Source: Azolla caroliniana (lineage: Eukaryota; Plantae; Polypodiophyta). From it: DNA of 64,000 nucleotides. The position numbers were made by a program, and so were the translations under genes. Shown here one piece after another: positions 38,408-52,400 of the stretch. Every line of letters starts with the position of its first letter. Position 1 is the first letter of the stretch. Location: assembly GCA_043228905.1 (NCBI GenBank), contig JBHGNT010000003.1, forward strand, positions 9,672,001 to 9,736,000, in the 5' to 3' direction. The notes beneath the pieces were generated by a model, which saw only the letters and a program-made list of their open reading frames with translations, was not told the origin of the DNA and did not search any database.

Positions 38408-39586
38408 TCGATCATATCATTTGTGGCTATTTAATATAAACGATATGTTTAATATAGGCATATGTGGTCACATGTATATGTATTTGATCGTATATATGTG
38501 ATAAGTAAACATATGTGTATATTCGTTATTACGTGATTATATCGAAAGTTATCCTTGTCGGGAAAAGGATGTTGGTGGCCGTCCTCACATTTTTGTGAGA
38601 ATGGCGTTGTCACCATCCCTTTTTCAACATTTTTTTATTGTTGATAACCCCATTGACGACCTCGATTTCGTTACGTAAAGAAACGCCAATAGCCATAATG
38701 ATGTTGAGTACGTAGGGCTTGACCCGCTTCAAGTGAGGTCGCTCCAATGACGCACGTATCCAACATCCCTCCCTCGTTACATGGATACGATGCCACCATG
38801 AGCTCGTTCTTACGAGAGGCATTCGTAATGACGTGACCATGTGATGGCCCATGTGAGCCTACTACGAAACGAGGGCTCATTTGGCTTGACCATTAGGTTG
38901 CACTTTGGCGTATGCCATCGTAATTACGAGGCTTGAGGTTAGGTAACGTACCAACATAGTTTTGGTAGATGAGGGCGAAATAAGGACCCTCGACATATAT
39001 GTTCTTTTAAAAAAAACATATATGATCAATTGCCTCGCATATCTCTTATACGCATCAAACATTAAGCATTCGAGAAGAGCAACTTACTTGGTTGGCTCAA
39101 GTGTTTAATGTGTTTGTTCTCAAGGTCTCGAGTTCAAATATGACCAAGACCATACAACATCCTTGATACATATGAGTATAACACATGTTTAGACTTAAGG
39201 TCTAAGTGCACCTCAGGGTCCTCGTAATAGGACTTAAAGAGCCGAAACCACATGTGTGGGCACCAAAACATAGTTTATTATTAACATTTTTTTCGTGTAT
39301 AAACAATTCATGACGCGAACATACATGGTTGAGCCTTGGGGAGCCACCATGAAAAAATCGATATAGAGATCAGGGAAAGACATTTATTTGTCACCCCCAT
39401 GGTTTTTAAAACACCTTTGTGTTACCATAGTAACCTGATCTTGAACCTCATCTCATACGTCTAGAGGGGTATTGACGTGAGATAATGATATCGATTAATG
39501 CTCGCCCATGATATGTTTACATCACGACATGATGTTATGATTATATCTCTGACCTTGTCCTATTTCTTTTCCAGAAATAATCTTTA

Positions 39587-42500
39587 ATGGCTCAAATTAA
39601 CGACCCCATGTCATCCGCTCAAGCGGAACGAACTCAAGGGAATCCTCTTGGACAAATGTCCACTAAGATGTATTTGGCACAAATAACCCAATACCTTAGT
39701 TTCACCGCTCAACAGATGACCGAACTTCGGCAATCTCAGAGTGCTCTTGAGGCACGTGTCATTAGTCTACAACGTGAGACTAATAGACTTGATGAGCGAC
39801 AAGGTGAACCATCATTTGTCGTTAAACCATTTACGGGAGACAAAAAGGAAAGAACTGAAGAAGGAATCTACACATGGCTGGGACGATGGGAGTCTCATTT
39901 TGAGCTCTATCCCACGCCAGATAGTACGAAGATTGCATATGTCGGCCGAGAACTCGGGGGTAAGGCCGTCGCCTGGTGGCGTGGGCTCCGTACTATGGGG
40001 AAATTGCCCGATAACTGGACAGATTTTGTCACGGTTTTTAAGGGCCAATTTCTGCAACCTCCCTCTCGAACCGAGGCAGCACAAGCTTTAATGAACCTCT
40101 CTAGCAGGAAATTTTCCTATCTAGAAGACTATGTTCACCATGCTAGAACCCAAATCCAAAAATCGGGTCTAGAAGGGGACAATTGGTTGATAGCTTGTTT
40201 TGTCAATGGCATCCCCAATTCGAACTATCACTGGATAGTCCACGATAAGGATCCAAAATCCTTCGAAGAGGCCGTTGAAATAGTTCTTCGCTATCAACGC
40301 ACTTCGAAGAAGGACCATAACAAACCCAACGAAGCGCCCGGGACTAAGTAGTCGCAATTTGTTGGGAAACGCAAGACACCCAACGAATTCCTGGATCGCG
40401 ATTGTAAGCGACAACATCCTTTTTGCGTATTCTACAAAAAGAAGGGTCATACAAAAGATCAATGTCGAAAGCTCCAACGGAAAGAGCACGACAACAAAGC
40501 TAAAGCTGCAGACCATAAAGGTCAGATTCCTAATGTCCTTCAGGTCTATACACATCATTTAAGTAATTGTCAATGTTCTTTCCCTCACTATGTATTGGGT
40601 CCAAATGATTTACTACGTGCAAACGGGTATATCAATGGATCTCCCGTACAATTTTTATTTGATTCGGGAAGCTCACACAATTTTGTAAATGATCGTTTGG
40701 TTCAGATATGGGGAATCCAACCCACCGTAAGTGATCACACCTACACGGTGCACTTGGTTGATGGAAGAGTACAATACATCAACGGGGCGATTCATTCATT
40801 AGGAATTTCTATTGATACTTATATAGAGGAAGTAGACTTCCATGTAATGAATCTTTGTACCACCGATGTAATACTGGGTTATCTCTGGTTTTATAATAAA
40901 AACTCTTCTTTATTTATTGATTGGGTTCGCCATTCCATTTCTTTTGTACTGAACGATTGTACGCATTTTATTCAATGTGTAAAAAAACAATCCCTCTCGA
41001 TTGTTTCCTCGTGTCCATCAACATTCAAGTTGTCTTGTTCTATGTTATTTTATTGTGTACTTGATCCGGACATTCACGTTTACAATATCGATAATGTCCC
41101 GGTTCAATTAACATATTTTGAACAACAACAACTTGATGAAATCTTAAATGATTTTCATGATGTTTTTCCAAGTGAACTACCTGATGGGTTACCTCCTAAA
41201 CGTAATATAGACCATCGTATAGATATTGTACCTGGTGTTGCACCAATAAGTATACCTCCGTATCGCTTAAGTCAATCCGAAGAAGATGAGGTATCTAAGC
41301 AACTCAAGGACTATTTACGAATGGGTTATATACGTTATAGTAAATCTCCATGGGGTGCACCAGTTCTCTTGGTTAAAAAGAAAGAGGGCACATGAAGTAT
41401 GTGTATTAATTACCGACGCTTGAATAAAGTGACGATCAAGAATTCGTACCCATTGCCCCAGCCTGACGATCTAATTGACCGTCTCCAAGGAGCTCGGTAT
41501 TTTACGAAACTTGATCTCCCTACTGGCTACCATCAAATACGAATAAGTGAGGACGATGTTCCTAAAACGGCATTTCGTACGCGCTATGGCCATTACGAGT
41601 TTTTGGTTATGCCTTTTGGTTTGACCAATGCTCCGGCTACTTTTCAACAAGAAATGAATGACATTTTCCGAGAACAACTTGGAAAATTTGTCGTTATTTT
41701 CTTGGATGATATTTTAGTTTATAGCCGTACATTACAAGAACATGTTAGACATGTTCGCTTTGTTTTACAAATATTGCGTGACAAACAGTTTTATGCAAAG
41801 ATCTCAAAATGTGAGTTCTTCAAGAAATCAATTACTTATCTTGGACATCTCATAACCGAACGAGGAGTTGAAATTGATCCTTCTCGCATTGAGAAAATCA
41901 AGCTTTGGCCCACTCTTCGGAATATTCGAGAAGTTCGATCATTCCTTGGTTTTGTCGGGTTTTTGCGAAAGTCTCTTCGTAATTACTCCCAATTGACAAC
42001 GTTGTTTAATGATCTTTTAAAAGGTCAAACGTATAAGTCTACAAAACCTATTGTGTGGAATGGTACACTAGACCTCGCCTTTAAGGAACTCAAGGACCTG
42101 GTTTGCAAGGTTCCTTCACTTCTTTTACCTGATCCTTCAAAACCTTTTGAGGTTGAAACCGATGCAAGCGATTATGCTATAGGTGTTGTCTTATATCAAG
42201 ATGGTAAACCAATAGCGTTTGAGAGTAAGAAACTTGATTCTGCTCAATGTCGGTATACCGTTCAAGAAAAGGAATTATTTGCAGTTATACATGCGCTCAA
42301 AACATGGCGCCATTATCTTTATGGAAATCACTTTGTGGTAACTACGGACCACGAGTCCTTGAAATATTTTTGTGACCAACAAGACTTGAAAGGTCGTAAG
42401 GCACGATGGGCTGATCTCATCCAGGACTTTGATTTTTCCATACGATATCGTAAAGGTTCCATGAACATTGTCGTTGATGCACTAAGTCGCATCCGTGAAG

Positions 42501-44020
42501 TTAACACGCTTAGCTTCACTAAAATATCATCAAATCTTTATGATCACCTTCGAGGAAAGTATCCTGATGACAGTTATTTCGCAAAATACTGGGCAAGAGT
42601 TGAGTCTGGAACAGACACCACCACATCCTTGAAGGAATACTTCCACATTGCTAACGGTTTGCTCTACCGTAATGGGAAGGTTTGTGTTCCAGATTTACCC
42701 GAGGTCAAAAAGAGGATTCTTTTTGAATGCCATGATGCACCCTCAGCAGGGCACCCTAGAATACATCGTACACTCGTTCTCATCTCCACTCAATTTTATT
42801 GGCCTAAGATGCGTCCTGACATACATAGCTATGTGACTAAATGTCACCAGTGTCAGGTTAACAAAGCCGAGCAACTTAAAGCCGCAGGACTTTTACATCC
42901 CTTGGACATTCCCAATAATAAGTGGGAAAGTATATCCATGGATTTTATTGTTAGCCTTCCTCGCACCCAAAAAGGTCATGATGCCATCTGGGTTGTCGTT
43001 GATCGACTAACTAAAATGGCCAGATTTATTGCTACTAAAACCACGGAAACAGCTCCTGAATTGGCTTACCAATTCGTGGACGAATTGTTTCGTTTTTATG
43101 GGTTACCGATGGATATCGTGAGTGATCAAGATCCAAAGTTTACTAGTGACTTCTGGACACAAGTCTTTAAGAAGTTAGAAACTACGTTGAGCATGAGCTC
43201 CACAGATCATCCTCAATCCGATGGACAGACAGAACGAGTAAATCAAATTATTGAGGACATGCTTCGAGCATACGTTGGTGCAAAACCAACAAAATGGGAA
43301 CGTTATCTCCCAATTTTGGAGTTTGCTTATAACAGCTCCAAGCATACGTCGACGGGATATAGTCCTTTTATGTTGATGTATGGTTTTCAGCCACGAGCTC
43401 CGATTGATGTTAATATACATCATGATGAGTTGCGAAGTACGCAAAACTTTCTTCGGGATATGCAAGATATGTTGCATATTGCACGAGATAATATAAAAAC
43501 AGCTCAAGATAGAGCGCGTTTTTATGCCGATCATCATAGGCAACCTCGTGTATTCAACCCTAGACAGAAGGTATTTTTACGTGTACCTCACAATTCTAAG
43601 ACATTGTCTACGGGTAAGTGCGCTAAGTTAGCCCCACGGTTTTGTGGACCTTTTACAGTCCTCAAACGCATTGGGTCATCAGCCTATCGTCTCGCTCTTC
43701 CCGATGGTGTCGGAATTCATCCAGTCTTTCATGTGAGTCGTCTAAAAGAACTTCTAGGTTCTGGCGACAATACAATTACAACTGAAACTCTGGTTACTTC
43801 TGAAGAATTATCTTCTAAACCACATGTACCAGAAAGAATTCTCGATGTTAAAACAAAAAAATTACGTACTAAAGAAATCCGAGAATTTAAAATAAAATGG
43901 ATGGATAAATCAATAAAAGATGCCACATGGGAACGCGAAAATACTCTTAGAACTAACTTCCCTAACTTTCCATTGCAAGAGTGCAATGTTTTAAAGAGGG
44001 GGAGTATGTTACGGGCATGA
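39587..44020 (+). pseudogene. Single-frame gag-pol (Gag, knuckle, PR, RT, RH, IN, chromodomain) with two in-frame stops
   Basis: ORFs 39587, 40595 and 41399 share one frame; stops at 40349 (TAG) and 41393 (TGA, likely from TGG); LFDSGS, FLDDIL, ETDASD, GPF, chromodomain PERILD..FKIKW..ATWE; ORF ends inside the 3' LTR. Confidence 0.93.
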
Positions 44021-46221
44021 CCATATAATATCCCGTGGTAAGAATTTACCGTAGTATTCTATACACGTGGATAAGTGCGAGGGTTAAACGAGAGTGTAAA
44101 GAAGGGGAGGATTACTTTTAATCCTCGGGATTGAAACAACCCATTAGGTCAAGTGTGAACTTGCCTAGGGGCCTTGGGTATCGCTATAAATAAGAGGCCT
44201 AGCTACCCTCATTTGATCATCTTTTGACTACATCGAGACTCTGCTCGTGTGGTGGGTCAACTCTTGTAGCGAGCGCGCCAGCACCAGGTACGACTCGACG
44301 CCACGGCGGTGGTATGGGACGCCGATCGAGGCTCGAGTCCGTCTCGATCCCTTCGCTCGGGGGTGGTCGGGTGGATCGGCACCCTTCTTTCTCTTTCTCC
44401 TTTCTATCTATTATTACTTTATCCTTATCTTAAGCTTACTTTAGTACTTAGATCTATAATAGGGGGGGGGGGGGGGGGGGGAGGGAGGTTTCCAAACCGG
44501 TTTTCAAGCCGATTTGGAAACTGGTTTCTAAGTCGTTTATCAAACGGTTCACAAACCAGTTTAGGATCAGTTTGGTTCAGGTTTAAGAACCCCAAAACGG
44601 TTTAGGCTTAACCAGTTTGGCTTGGATAAGGCCAAACCAACTAAGCCTAAACTTAATCGTTGTCGATCCCTACCCACAAGCATAGTTTATTAGTTTTCTT
44701 AATATTTAAAACCCTAATAAATTAGAAATAGATTGGAAGAGAGAGATATAGAAAACTTATGAATACCACAAGTATAATGTATTTTATTAATCATTATTTT
44801 TGAACCCTAATGATTTTTTCACCCATAATTTTCTCCCCCAATTACATTGTGCTCCCCACCCTTATATAGTGATGGGAGAGGCTTAGCAATCCATGTTTTT
44901 TCTAACTATAAACTTTATGCTTTTTCTAACCTCATGCGTTTTTTTTATCAACTATAGCATGCTAGATGCGCATATGTAGTAGCTTTTTTTCTATCATGCG
45001 TTTTCTTCTAACTAACTTTTTCCTAGAAAATATGCATGAAATAACATTTCTATGTGGGACATCTACCTTTTTTAACACTCATAATGTGTTCGTGTAATGG
45101 TAAGGCTTTAAATTATTAACATGGTGGTATAGGATTTGAATATTACCCTATGCATGTAATGCATATTTTAATTTTTTCTTCTTTTTCTTCATATTTATTC
45201 AATCGGTTATTTTATACGTTTTTCACGTAGTTTAGGAACTACAATACGACAACAAGTTGGGTCAGCGAGACCACCGGGGTCTCGAACCAAGGAAAAAGGT
45301 GACAAGAGAACTAAGCTTTGTCGGTATCAACTACCACGACTGGGGCTTTGGCCTAGTCATCATCTCTTTGTGTCGGCTGCTTGTCAACTTCGTCTGCCTG
45401 GTCAATCGATCCAGATTGACTCTTGGGCATTCATATGGGCATGTAGTCCCCAACCAGCACCTTGTAACCATATTGGCTCCCTCTTGACTATGATGATGTG
45501 TTGAATACGAGGTCAAGGGAGAGAAGAGAACACACATTCACTAAATCCGATAAGAAGAGAAAGAACAACAACACATTTAACATAGATACAATGCATTATG
45601 TATAACTATATGTATATATAAACGACAGATTACATATGGGACATCGAGCTGAACCACAACGAACTAGGTACGACGAATATCCTTTGGCGAGCCTCTAGTC
45701 GAGGAGCTCTCTGACTCATGGCTACGAGTGGAGGCCTCGCTTAGCGGTCAGACCAGAAACTACCAAAATCTTGAGAGCGTTCAAGCTCTAAAAACCTAGA
45801 GAACAAAATCCTATCTTTCTCTCTCTTTTAGGTTTTAGTCCCCTCTAGGGGTTTAAAGGGGGGGGGGGGGTGTGGGTAAAAAGAGTTGCTTTATAGACCA
45901 ATGAGGGAGGACCATTACAAAAGGGGGGGCAAAAAATATTCCTTTCTTTTCAATGATATTTGCCTTGATTTTAGGAGTGATTGGAGTGGTACATTAAAAC
46001 CCCTCTCACTTTCACATTTACCCCACTACCCACTATATGTGCATGTGCACTAATGTACACATCACATTTACTCCTCAATAACTCTTTTGTCCATTTCAGC
46101 ACCCTTACATTTTCCCTTATTCTCTTTTATTCCTATGTACATTTTCTCATGTGCAAGTCGTTGCACATCCTCGTTTTATTCGCCATACCCGATTTTCTCA
46201 CCCTTGCCAGAAATCTTCACA

Positions 46222-48411
46222 ACGGCATCCATAGCCATCTACATTATGAATCGGTGCACAACTACTGGAGCACACGAACTAACTCCACATGAGGTGTATA
46301 CTAGAAAGAAACTGACTCTATCGCATCTACGAGTGTTCGGAAGCTTTGTGTATATTCACATCCCTGACAAAAAATGATAAAAGCTCGACCAGAAGTCAGA
46401 AAAATGCATTCTCTTGGGATATTCATCTAAACAAAAGGGATACAAGTGCTTCTACCCATTCAGTTCGGGTAAGTGGGGATGTTATCTTCGACGAATCGGC
46501 ATCCTAGTATGAACCCAATTCGGCTCCATCGGGACCAACTGAGGAAGAGTCGAATTGGGTTGAGACCTATACCTACTAGTCCAAGTTCAACCATGATGAG
46601 CGGACCATTGGAGCAGTTGAGCAACCAAAACACAACGCAACCATCGGCCAAATCGGACAAAGGTAAAGGTAAGATGCCCGAATATGAAGTCAACCACCCC
46701 TACAAAAGCAATTCAGACGAGTCGACTCACTCACTAGACAATGAATTTGGAGTGCCCATTATGCGAACCCTTGGTGTAAAGAAGGCAAGGAGATCGACGA
46801 ATGAAAAATTTTGATGCTCGTCTAGAGAGAAGAATCTGATCACTCGATTTGGCTACAATGAGTATATGGCACACCATTATGCCTTCATGATGAAAGTAGT
46901 AGCCGAACAAAAGCCTGAAAGCTTTACGGAAGCGGCTCATGACCCCCGATCGGTTGAAGCTATGGAAGAAGAAATGCAAGCGCTAGTCGACAACGATACA
47001 TGGGATCTTGCCATATCTCCACCACACAAGAAGGCGATCGGTTGCTGATGGATTTACAAGATCAAGTATAGCACTAGCAACTCCATCAACCGATCAAAGC
47101 CCGACTTGTCGCTAAGGGTTATGCTCAAACCCACGACATCAACTATGAAGAAACCTTTGCCCCAGTGACAAAAATTACCACAATCGAGATGGTCCTTACA
47201 CTCGGGGCAGCGAAAGGATGGCATCTCCACTAAATGGACGTCAAGAATGCATTTCTCCAAGGTGAACTAGAGGAGGAAGTCTACATGGTCCAACCACCCG
47301 GCTTCAAGTCAAAATCACATCCAACTATCGTATGCAAACTCAAGTAGCCCCTCTACAGCCTCAAGCAATCGCCATGGGCTTGGCATTCAAAGATAACGTA
47401 GTTCTTGCACTGAATTGGCTTTCGGATGTCTAAATCCGACAACACTGTGTTTATCCGAAGAAACTCCAATGGTCAGATCTTTATCATCAAATATATCGAC
47501 AACTTGGTGATTGGCGGAGGACACCTAGCCGACATCAACAAGGTCAAGATGCTCCTCAACGAGAAGTTTGAGATATAAGACATGCATGAACTTCATTACT
47601 TCTAGGAACCGAGGTTTTTCGAACCGGCAACGGCACCATGCTCTCCAACCACCACAAGCCAATTTCGACTCCCCTCAATTGCAACCTAAAATTACACGCG
47701 GACTCCGGCACACCATGTGAGCCGAGTTAGTATCGGCAAATCATTAGGAGTCTGACCTATCTAACTATCATGTGCCATGACCATAGCTATCCAATCGGCC
47801 TCCTTGGCTAGTTTATGCAAACACAGTGCAACACACATTTGCATTGTGCTCAGCAAGTCTTACGATACATTAGTCAGACCATGGATCGGGGAATATTCTA
47901 TAAGACAGGAGCAACTATTCGGCTGGAATGATACGCCGATGCCGATTGGGCCGGTAGTGTATCCGATCAACATTCGACATCCAACTTCGTCTTCTCACTC
48001 GAAAACGGAGTGATCTCATGGAGTAGCAAGAAGCAACCAAATGTTGCATTGTCCAGCACCGAAGCAGAATGCATGGGCGTGGCCATTGCCATCTGCGAAA
48101 CAATTTGGCTAAAGAGGCTACTAAAGGACTTCAATGAATCAGTTGACGAACCGATCCGTATCTATTGCGACAGTCGGAGTAGTATACAACTAGCCTAAAA
48201 CCTGGTCTTCCATGCCCAAACAAAACACATTGAGTTACACTATCACTATGTCCAGGAACGCATCATTGCTAGAGATATCGATCTTCTACACATCGGCCCT
48301 TACCTACAAACGACCGATATCTTCACCAAGGCCTTAGGGACAGACAAGCTTCAACAATTTTCACTAGCACTCGGCTTGCGACCACTTCACATGATAAGCC
48401 TTCGCACAAGC
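46222..48411 (+). pseudogene. Copia A integrase C-part, RT and RNase H (decayed)
   Basis: [71 protein letters not shown]. Confidence 0.88.
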
Positions 48412-48731
48412 TTGAGGGGGAGGAACCGAGACTGCCGATTGGAAAGGCCGAAGCAAGATGAAAGTCGACATCTGGACAGAAGCTAACATGAGTCAGAAAC
48501 CGATAACAAAAGCCGATAGGTCAGACAAGCCGAACAAACAAACAGAATAGCTGACCACCTACCGCCGACCATTGAACCTCACACTTGAGCTTCAGGGGAT
48601 GTGTTGAGATATCAAGCTCAACTAAGTTTCGTCATTTAGTCAACCACGTAACTTAGTAGCTGTTAGGAAACAGGTCCCTCCGGATGGGAAGTGAGAAGAA
48701 CAAAGTTGATGAGCAAACTCGGCCGAGCCCG

Positions 48732-48950
48732 AAACCGGATGTGGTGTACCCGGCAACGGAAAACCCGATGAGAACCGGATGTGGCGTACACGGCAACGGA
48801 AGACCCGGTGAGAACCGGATGTGGAGTACCCGGCTACGGAAGACCCGGTGAGAACCGGATGACGAGTACCCGGCAAGAGCCGGATGGTGAAGACTCGGTG
48901 AGAAGTGCTCACCGGATAGTGAAGGCCCGGTGAGAAGTGCTCACCGGATG
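48732..48950 (+). repeat. 40-bp tandem repeat x4 plus CCGGTGAG..CTCACCGG hairpin units in U3 (also ~53536-53722)
   Basis: AACCGGATGTGGAGTACCCGGCAACGGAAGACCCGGTGAG repeated; hairpin unit x2 in the 5' LTR, x1 in the 3' LTR. Confidence 0.88.
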
Positions 48951-49432
48951 AAGGGACATATTCGTAAATATATTTTCTAAGAGTCCATCGGGGCTATATT
49001 TGTAAATAGCCAAAAAGTCATATTAGTATAAATATGACTTAGGGTAAACTTAGTGAAAGCAAAGTCGTCATTCTTGTTGGTGCAAGATTTGAGTGTGTAA
49101 CTGTGTACAGAGAGAGAGAGAGAGAGAGAGGAAGAGGTCATTGCCTCTGTTGTAACCGCCGCCTATGGCGAAGATAGCAAGCTCGAGGTTGTTGCCTCGG
49201 TGCTTTACTATTGTACATTGTGATATAGTCATAGTTTGCAGTCTGTGGGCTGCCGTGGTTTTTCCCTAGTTTGGGTTTTCCACGTAAACATCCTGTGTAC
49301 TCTTCTCTTCACTGTGTCATGCGTACATTACCCGTTTTCTATGTTTGATTCTAGGCTGGGTTGTGGCCGAGCGTTGTTCATCGGGAGCGTGTATTCCTGA
49401 CAAACTAGTATCAAAGCAAAACGACACAGAAA

Positions 49433-52400
49433 ATGGACGAATCATTGGGAGGCATGTTCAAGCTCACCGGCTCCAACTATTCCGTGTGGAAGTTGAAGAT
49501 GAGGGACATGCTCGTGGTTAAAGATCTTTGGTTGCCGGTTCAGTTCGGGGACAAGAGACCGGACAAAATCGACGCCACGATATGGGAGGTGATGCACATG
49601 AAGACAACGGCGTACATACGGTGCTTTATCGACATGAGTCTATACAACAACTTCAATGAAGAGAGCAAGGCTCATGAGCTCTGGGAGAAGATCGGCATTA
49701 TGTTTCAGAATAAAAATGTTGTTAATCAGGTTTCGGTATTTCGGAAGCCAGTAAGACTCCGGTACCAAGATGGCTCCAGCATGGCGGAGCACATGAATGC
49801 CTTCCAGGGGCTGATCCACCAGGCAACATCATTGGAAGTACCTCTCGCCGATGAGGTACTAGCACTACTCCTGCTCGGTTCCCTCCCAGATAGCTGGGAG
49901 ACGTTGGTTGTCACTTTGGGCAACGTCGGGCCGGAAGGGAAACGGTTATCCTTGGCAAGAGTGAAGTTGAGCTTGCTAGATGAGGAGGCGCATCGGAAAG
50001 ACAAGGATACGAACTCCGACTCCAAAGCGCTCATTACCGAATCGGAACGCGGAAGACAAAGGAACCGTAGTCCCCAGAACCGGGAGAAGTCGGGGACACG
50101 ATCAAAGTCAAGGGGGAGGCCTACCTGCTTCTATTGCGGCAAGTCGGGACACTTCCAGAAAAATTGTTCGCACTTCCGAAAAGACAAGGAAACCGACGAC
50201 ACCGATTCGAAGCGGACACCAGACCGAAACGGTAAAGACCGGAGGGGAATGGACCGGAAGGGAACGACGACAATCCCGGCAAGTGAAGAAGAGTTGATGC
50301 TCATCACCAAGGAGAGTGAGCTAAACCTTGCCGGCGACGAGATGACCTGGGTGGTCGACTCCGGAGCGTCGTTCCACCTTACCCCGAACCGGAAATGCTT
50401 CTCATCCTACTCAATCGGTGATCACGGCTGTGTCCGGATGGGGAATGAAGGTACATGCCGAATTGTCGGCATAGGAGACGTGTGGTTGACAACACCAACC
50501 GGATGCAAGCTGCTGCTGAAGGATGTCCGACACGTTCCGGAGGTTCGTCTGAACCTGATATCAGCCGGTTGGCTAGATGATGAAGGCTACACGGGTAGCA
50601 TCCGGAACGGTGTTATGAAGTTCAGCAAAGGGAGCCTGATTGTGGCTCGGGCCCGGAAGGTAAACACGTTGTACCTGATGAATGCCCGGTTATGCCCGGA
50701 AGAAGTGAACATGGCTTCCGACACTGTCGGTGAGTTGTGGCACAAGAGGTTGTGTCACATGAGCGAGAAGGGGATGAAGAGGCTTGCAGATGACAACCTC
50801 ATTCCAGTGAAGAACGTGCACTTGGAGAAGTGCACTGATTGTCTGGCCGGTAAACAAAACCGGACCTCCTTCCGATCGAGGCCACCGATGAGACGTAATG
50901 CACCACTGGAGTTGGTGCATACTGATGTATGTCAAGTGGACAGGAAGTCACATGCCGGATCGCAGTACTTCGTGGCGTTCATAGATGACCACAGCCGGAA
51001 GGTGTGGGCCACACCACTGAAGACGAAGGATCAGGTGCTATCCATCTTCAAAGAGCTCCACGCGAGAGTGGAACGAGAAACCGGCCAGAAGCTGAAGGCG
51101 GTTCGAGCAGATAACGGAGGAGAATACCGGGGGCAGTTCGAGGAGTACTGTCGCTCGAAGGGAATCCGGCTCGAACTAAATGGGTTGGCCGAGAGGATGA
51201 ACCAGACCATAATGGAGAGGGTCCGGAGTATGCTGGCGCATGTAAAATTACCCCAGAAGTTTTGGGTTGAGGCGTTGTCGACAGCGACGTATGTGATAAA
51301 CAGATCACCCTCAGTGCCCTTGGATGGAGACACGCCGCAGAAGGTGTGGACCAGTAAGGAAGTGTCCTACTGGCATCTGAAGGTGTTCGGGTGTCTCGTG
51401 TACGTGCATGTTGCTAAGGACCGGAGAGGAAAGTTGGATGCAAAGACCCGACCATGCATATTCCTCGGATAAGGCGATGATGAGGTCAGCTACTGAGTGT
51501 GGGACCCGGTCGACAAGAAGGTATTCCGAAGTCAAGATATTATCTTCATGGAGGACAAGATGCTCGCCGACTGGGAGTCGGAGAAGAAGGTAATGAACCC
51601 CGAGTCGACCGGTAAGGATCGATTCTACGATGAGCAGACCCAACCGGCAAGAGACCGGCTAGCACTCGATGAACCTGCCGGTTACGGTGAGGATACCGAA
51701 CCGGTAGAAGAAGTAGTAGAGGAAGGTGAAACCGGAACCGGCCAAGACCCCGAATCGGATTCGGATGAAGATCAAATAGCGGAGCCGGTTGCCGAAGGCC
51801 AAAGACGGAGATATCCTCTCAGAGAGAGAAGGGCCCCCGGGAGATTTCCGGATGCAGAGCATGTGTTGCTGACCGATGAGGGAGAGCCGGAAAGCTTCGA
51901 AGAAGCGAAGGATGACACCCACAACCGCAAATGGTTAAGTGCCATGCAGGATGAGATGGATTCCCTGCATGAGAACCATACGTACGAATTGGTGGAGTTG
52001 CCGAAAGGAAAGCGGGCACTCCGAAACAAGTGGGTGTACAAGTTGAAACTGGGAGATGTCGGCAACCCCCCGAGATACAAAGCCAGGATCATGGTGAAGG
52101 GGTTCAAGCAGAAGAAGGTTGTGGACTTCGACGAGATATTTTCCCCGGTAGTAAAGATGACCTCCATCCAGACGGTGCTGAGTATAGCGGCCAGCATGGA
52201 CCTCGAGGTAGAGCAACTGGACGTGAAGACGGCATTCCTTCACGGTGACCTCGAAGAGGAGATCTACATGCAGCAACCGGAAGGATTCGTGGAGAAAGGG
52301 AAGGAGCACCTGGTTTGTCGGTTGAGGAAGAGCCTGTACGGACTAAAGTAGGCTCCCCAACAATGGTACCGGAAGTTCGACTCCTTCATGACCGATCAAG

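Larger units (their letters stand above)
37442..44461 (+). mobile_element. Near-complete Ty3/gypsy chromovirus, LTRs 37442-37896 and 44007-44461 (TG...TA)
   Basis: PBS TGGTATCAGAGC (tRNA-iMet) 37899-37910; PPT AAAGAGGGGGAG before 44007; inserted in a G-run (TSD GGGGG); about 11 LTR differences counted by eye. Confidence 0.95.
36681..44672. mobile_element. hAT-type MITE expanded by a nested RTE fragment and a chromovirus
   Basis: TIR TAGGGATC(TGCAAC) / (GTTGTC)GATCCCTA; perfect TSD CCCACAAG 36673-80 / 44673-80; AACCG/GGCTC subterminal repeats. Confidence 0.88.
17849..46221 (-). mobile_element. LTR-like non-coding insertion(s) splitting the copia A integrase (own sequence ~17849-18063, 36642-36680, 44681-46221)
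   Basis: Copia frame WAEA|ASIAIYIMNR is split here; TGTCGT (17849) ... ACGACA (45251) termini; minus-strand TATA-like motifs; TSDs unresolved, may be two LTRs. Confidence 0.45.

Noticed and set aside
39080-39145. tRNA-like boxes in the chromovirus leader (and rc near 3175-3200)
   Set aside because: Too degenerate and single-copy to support
40349-40351. Programmed gag stop readthrough
   Set aside because: The TAG lies before the zinc knuckle and fits a CAG-to-TAG change like other stops in the window
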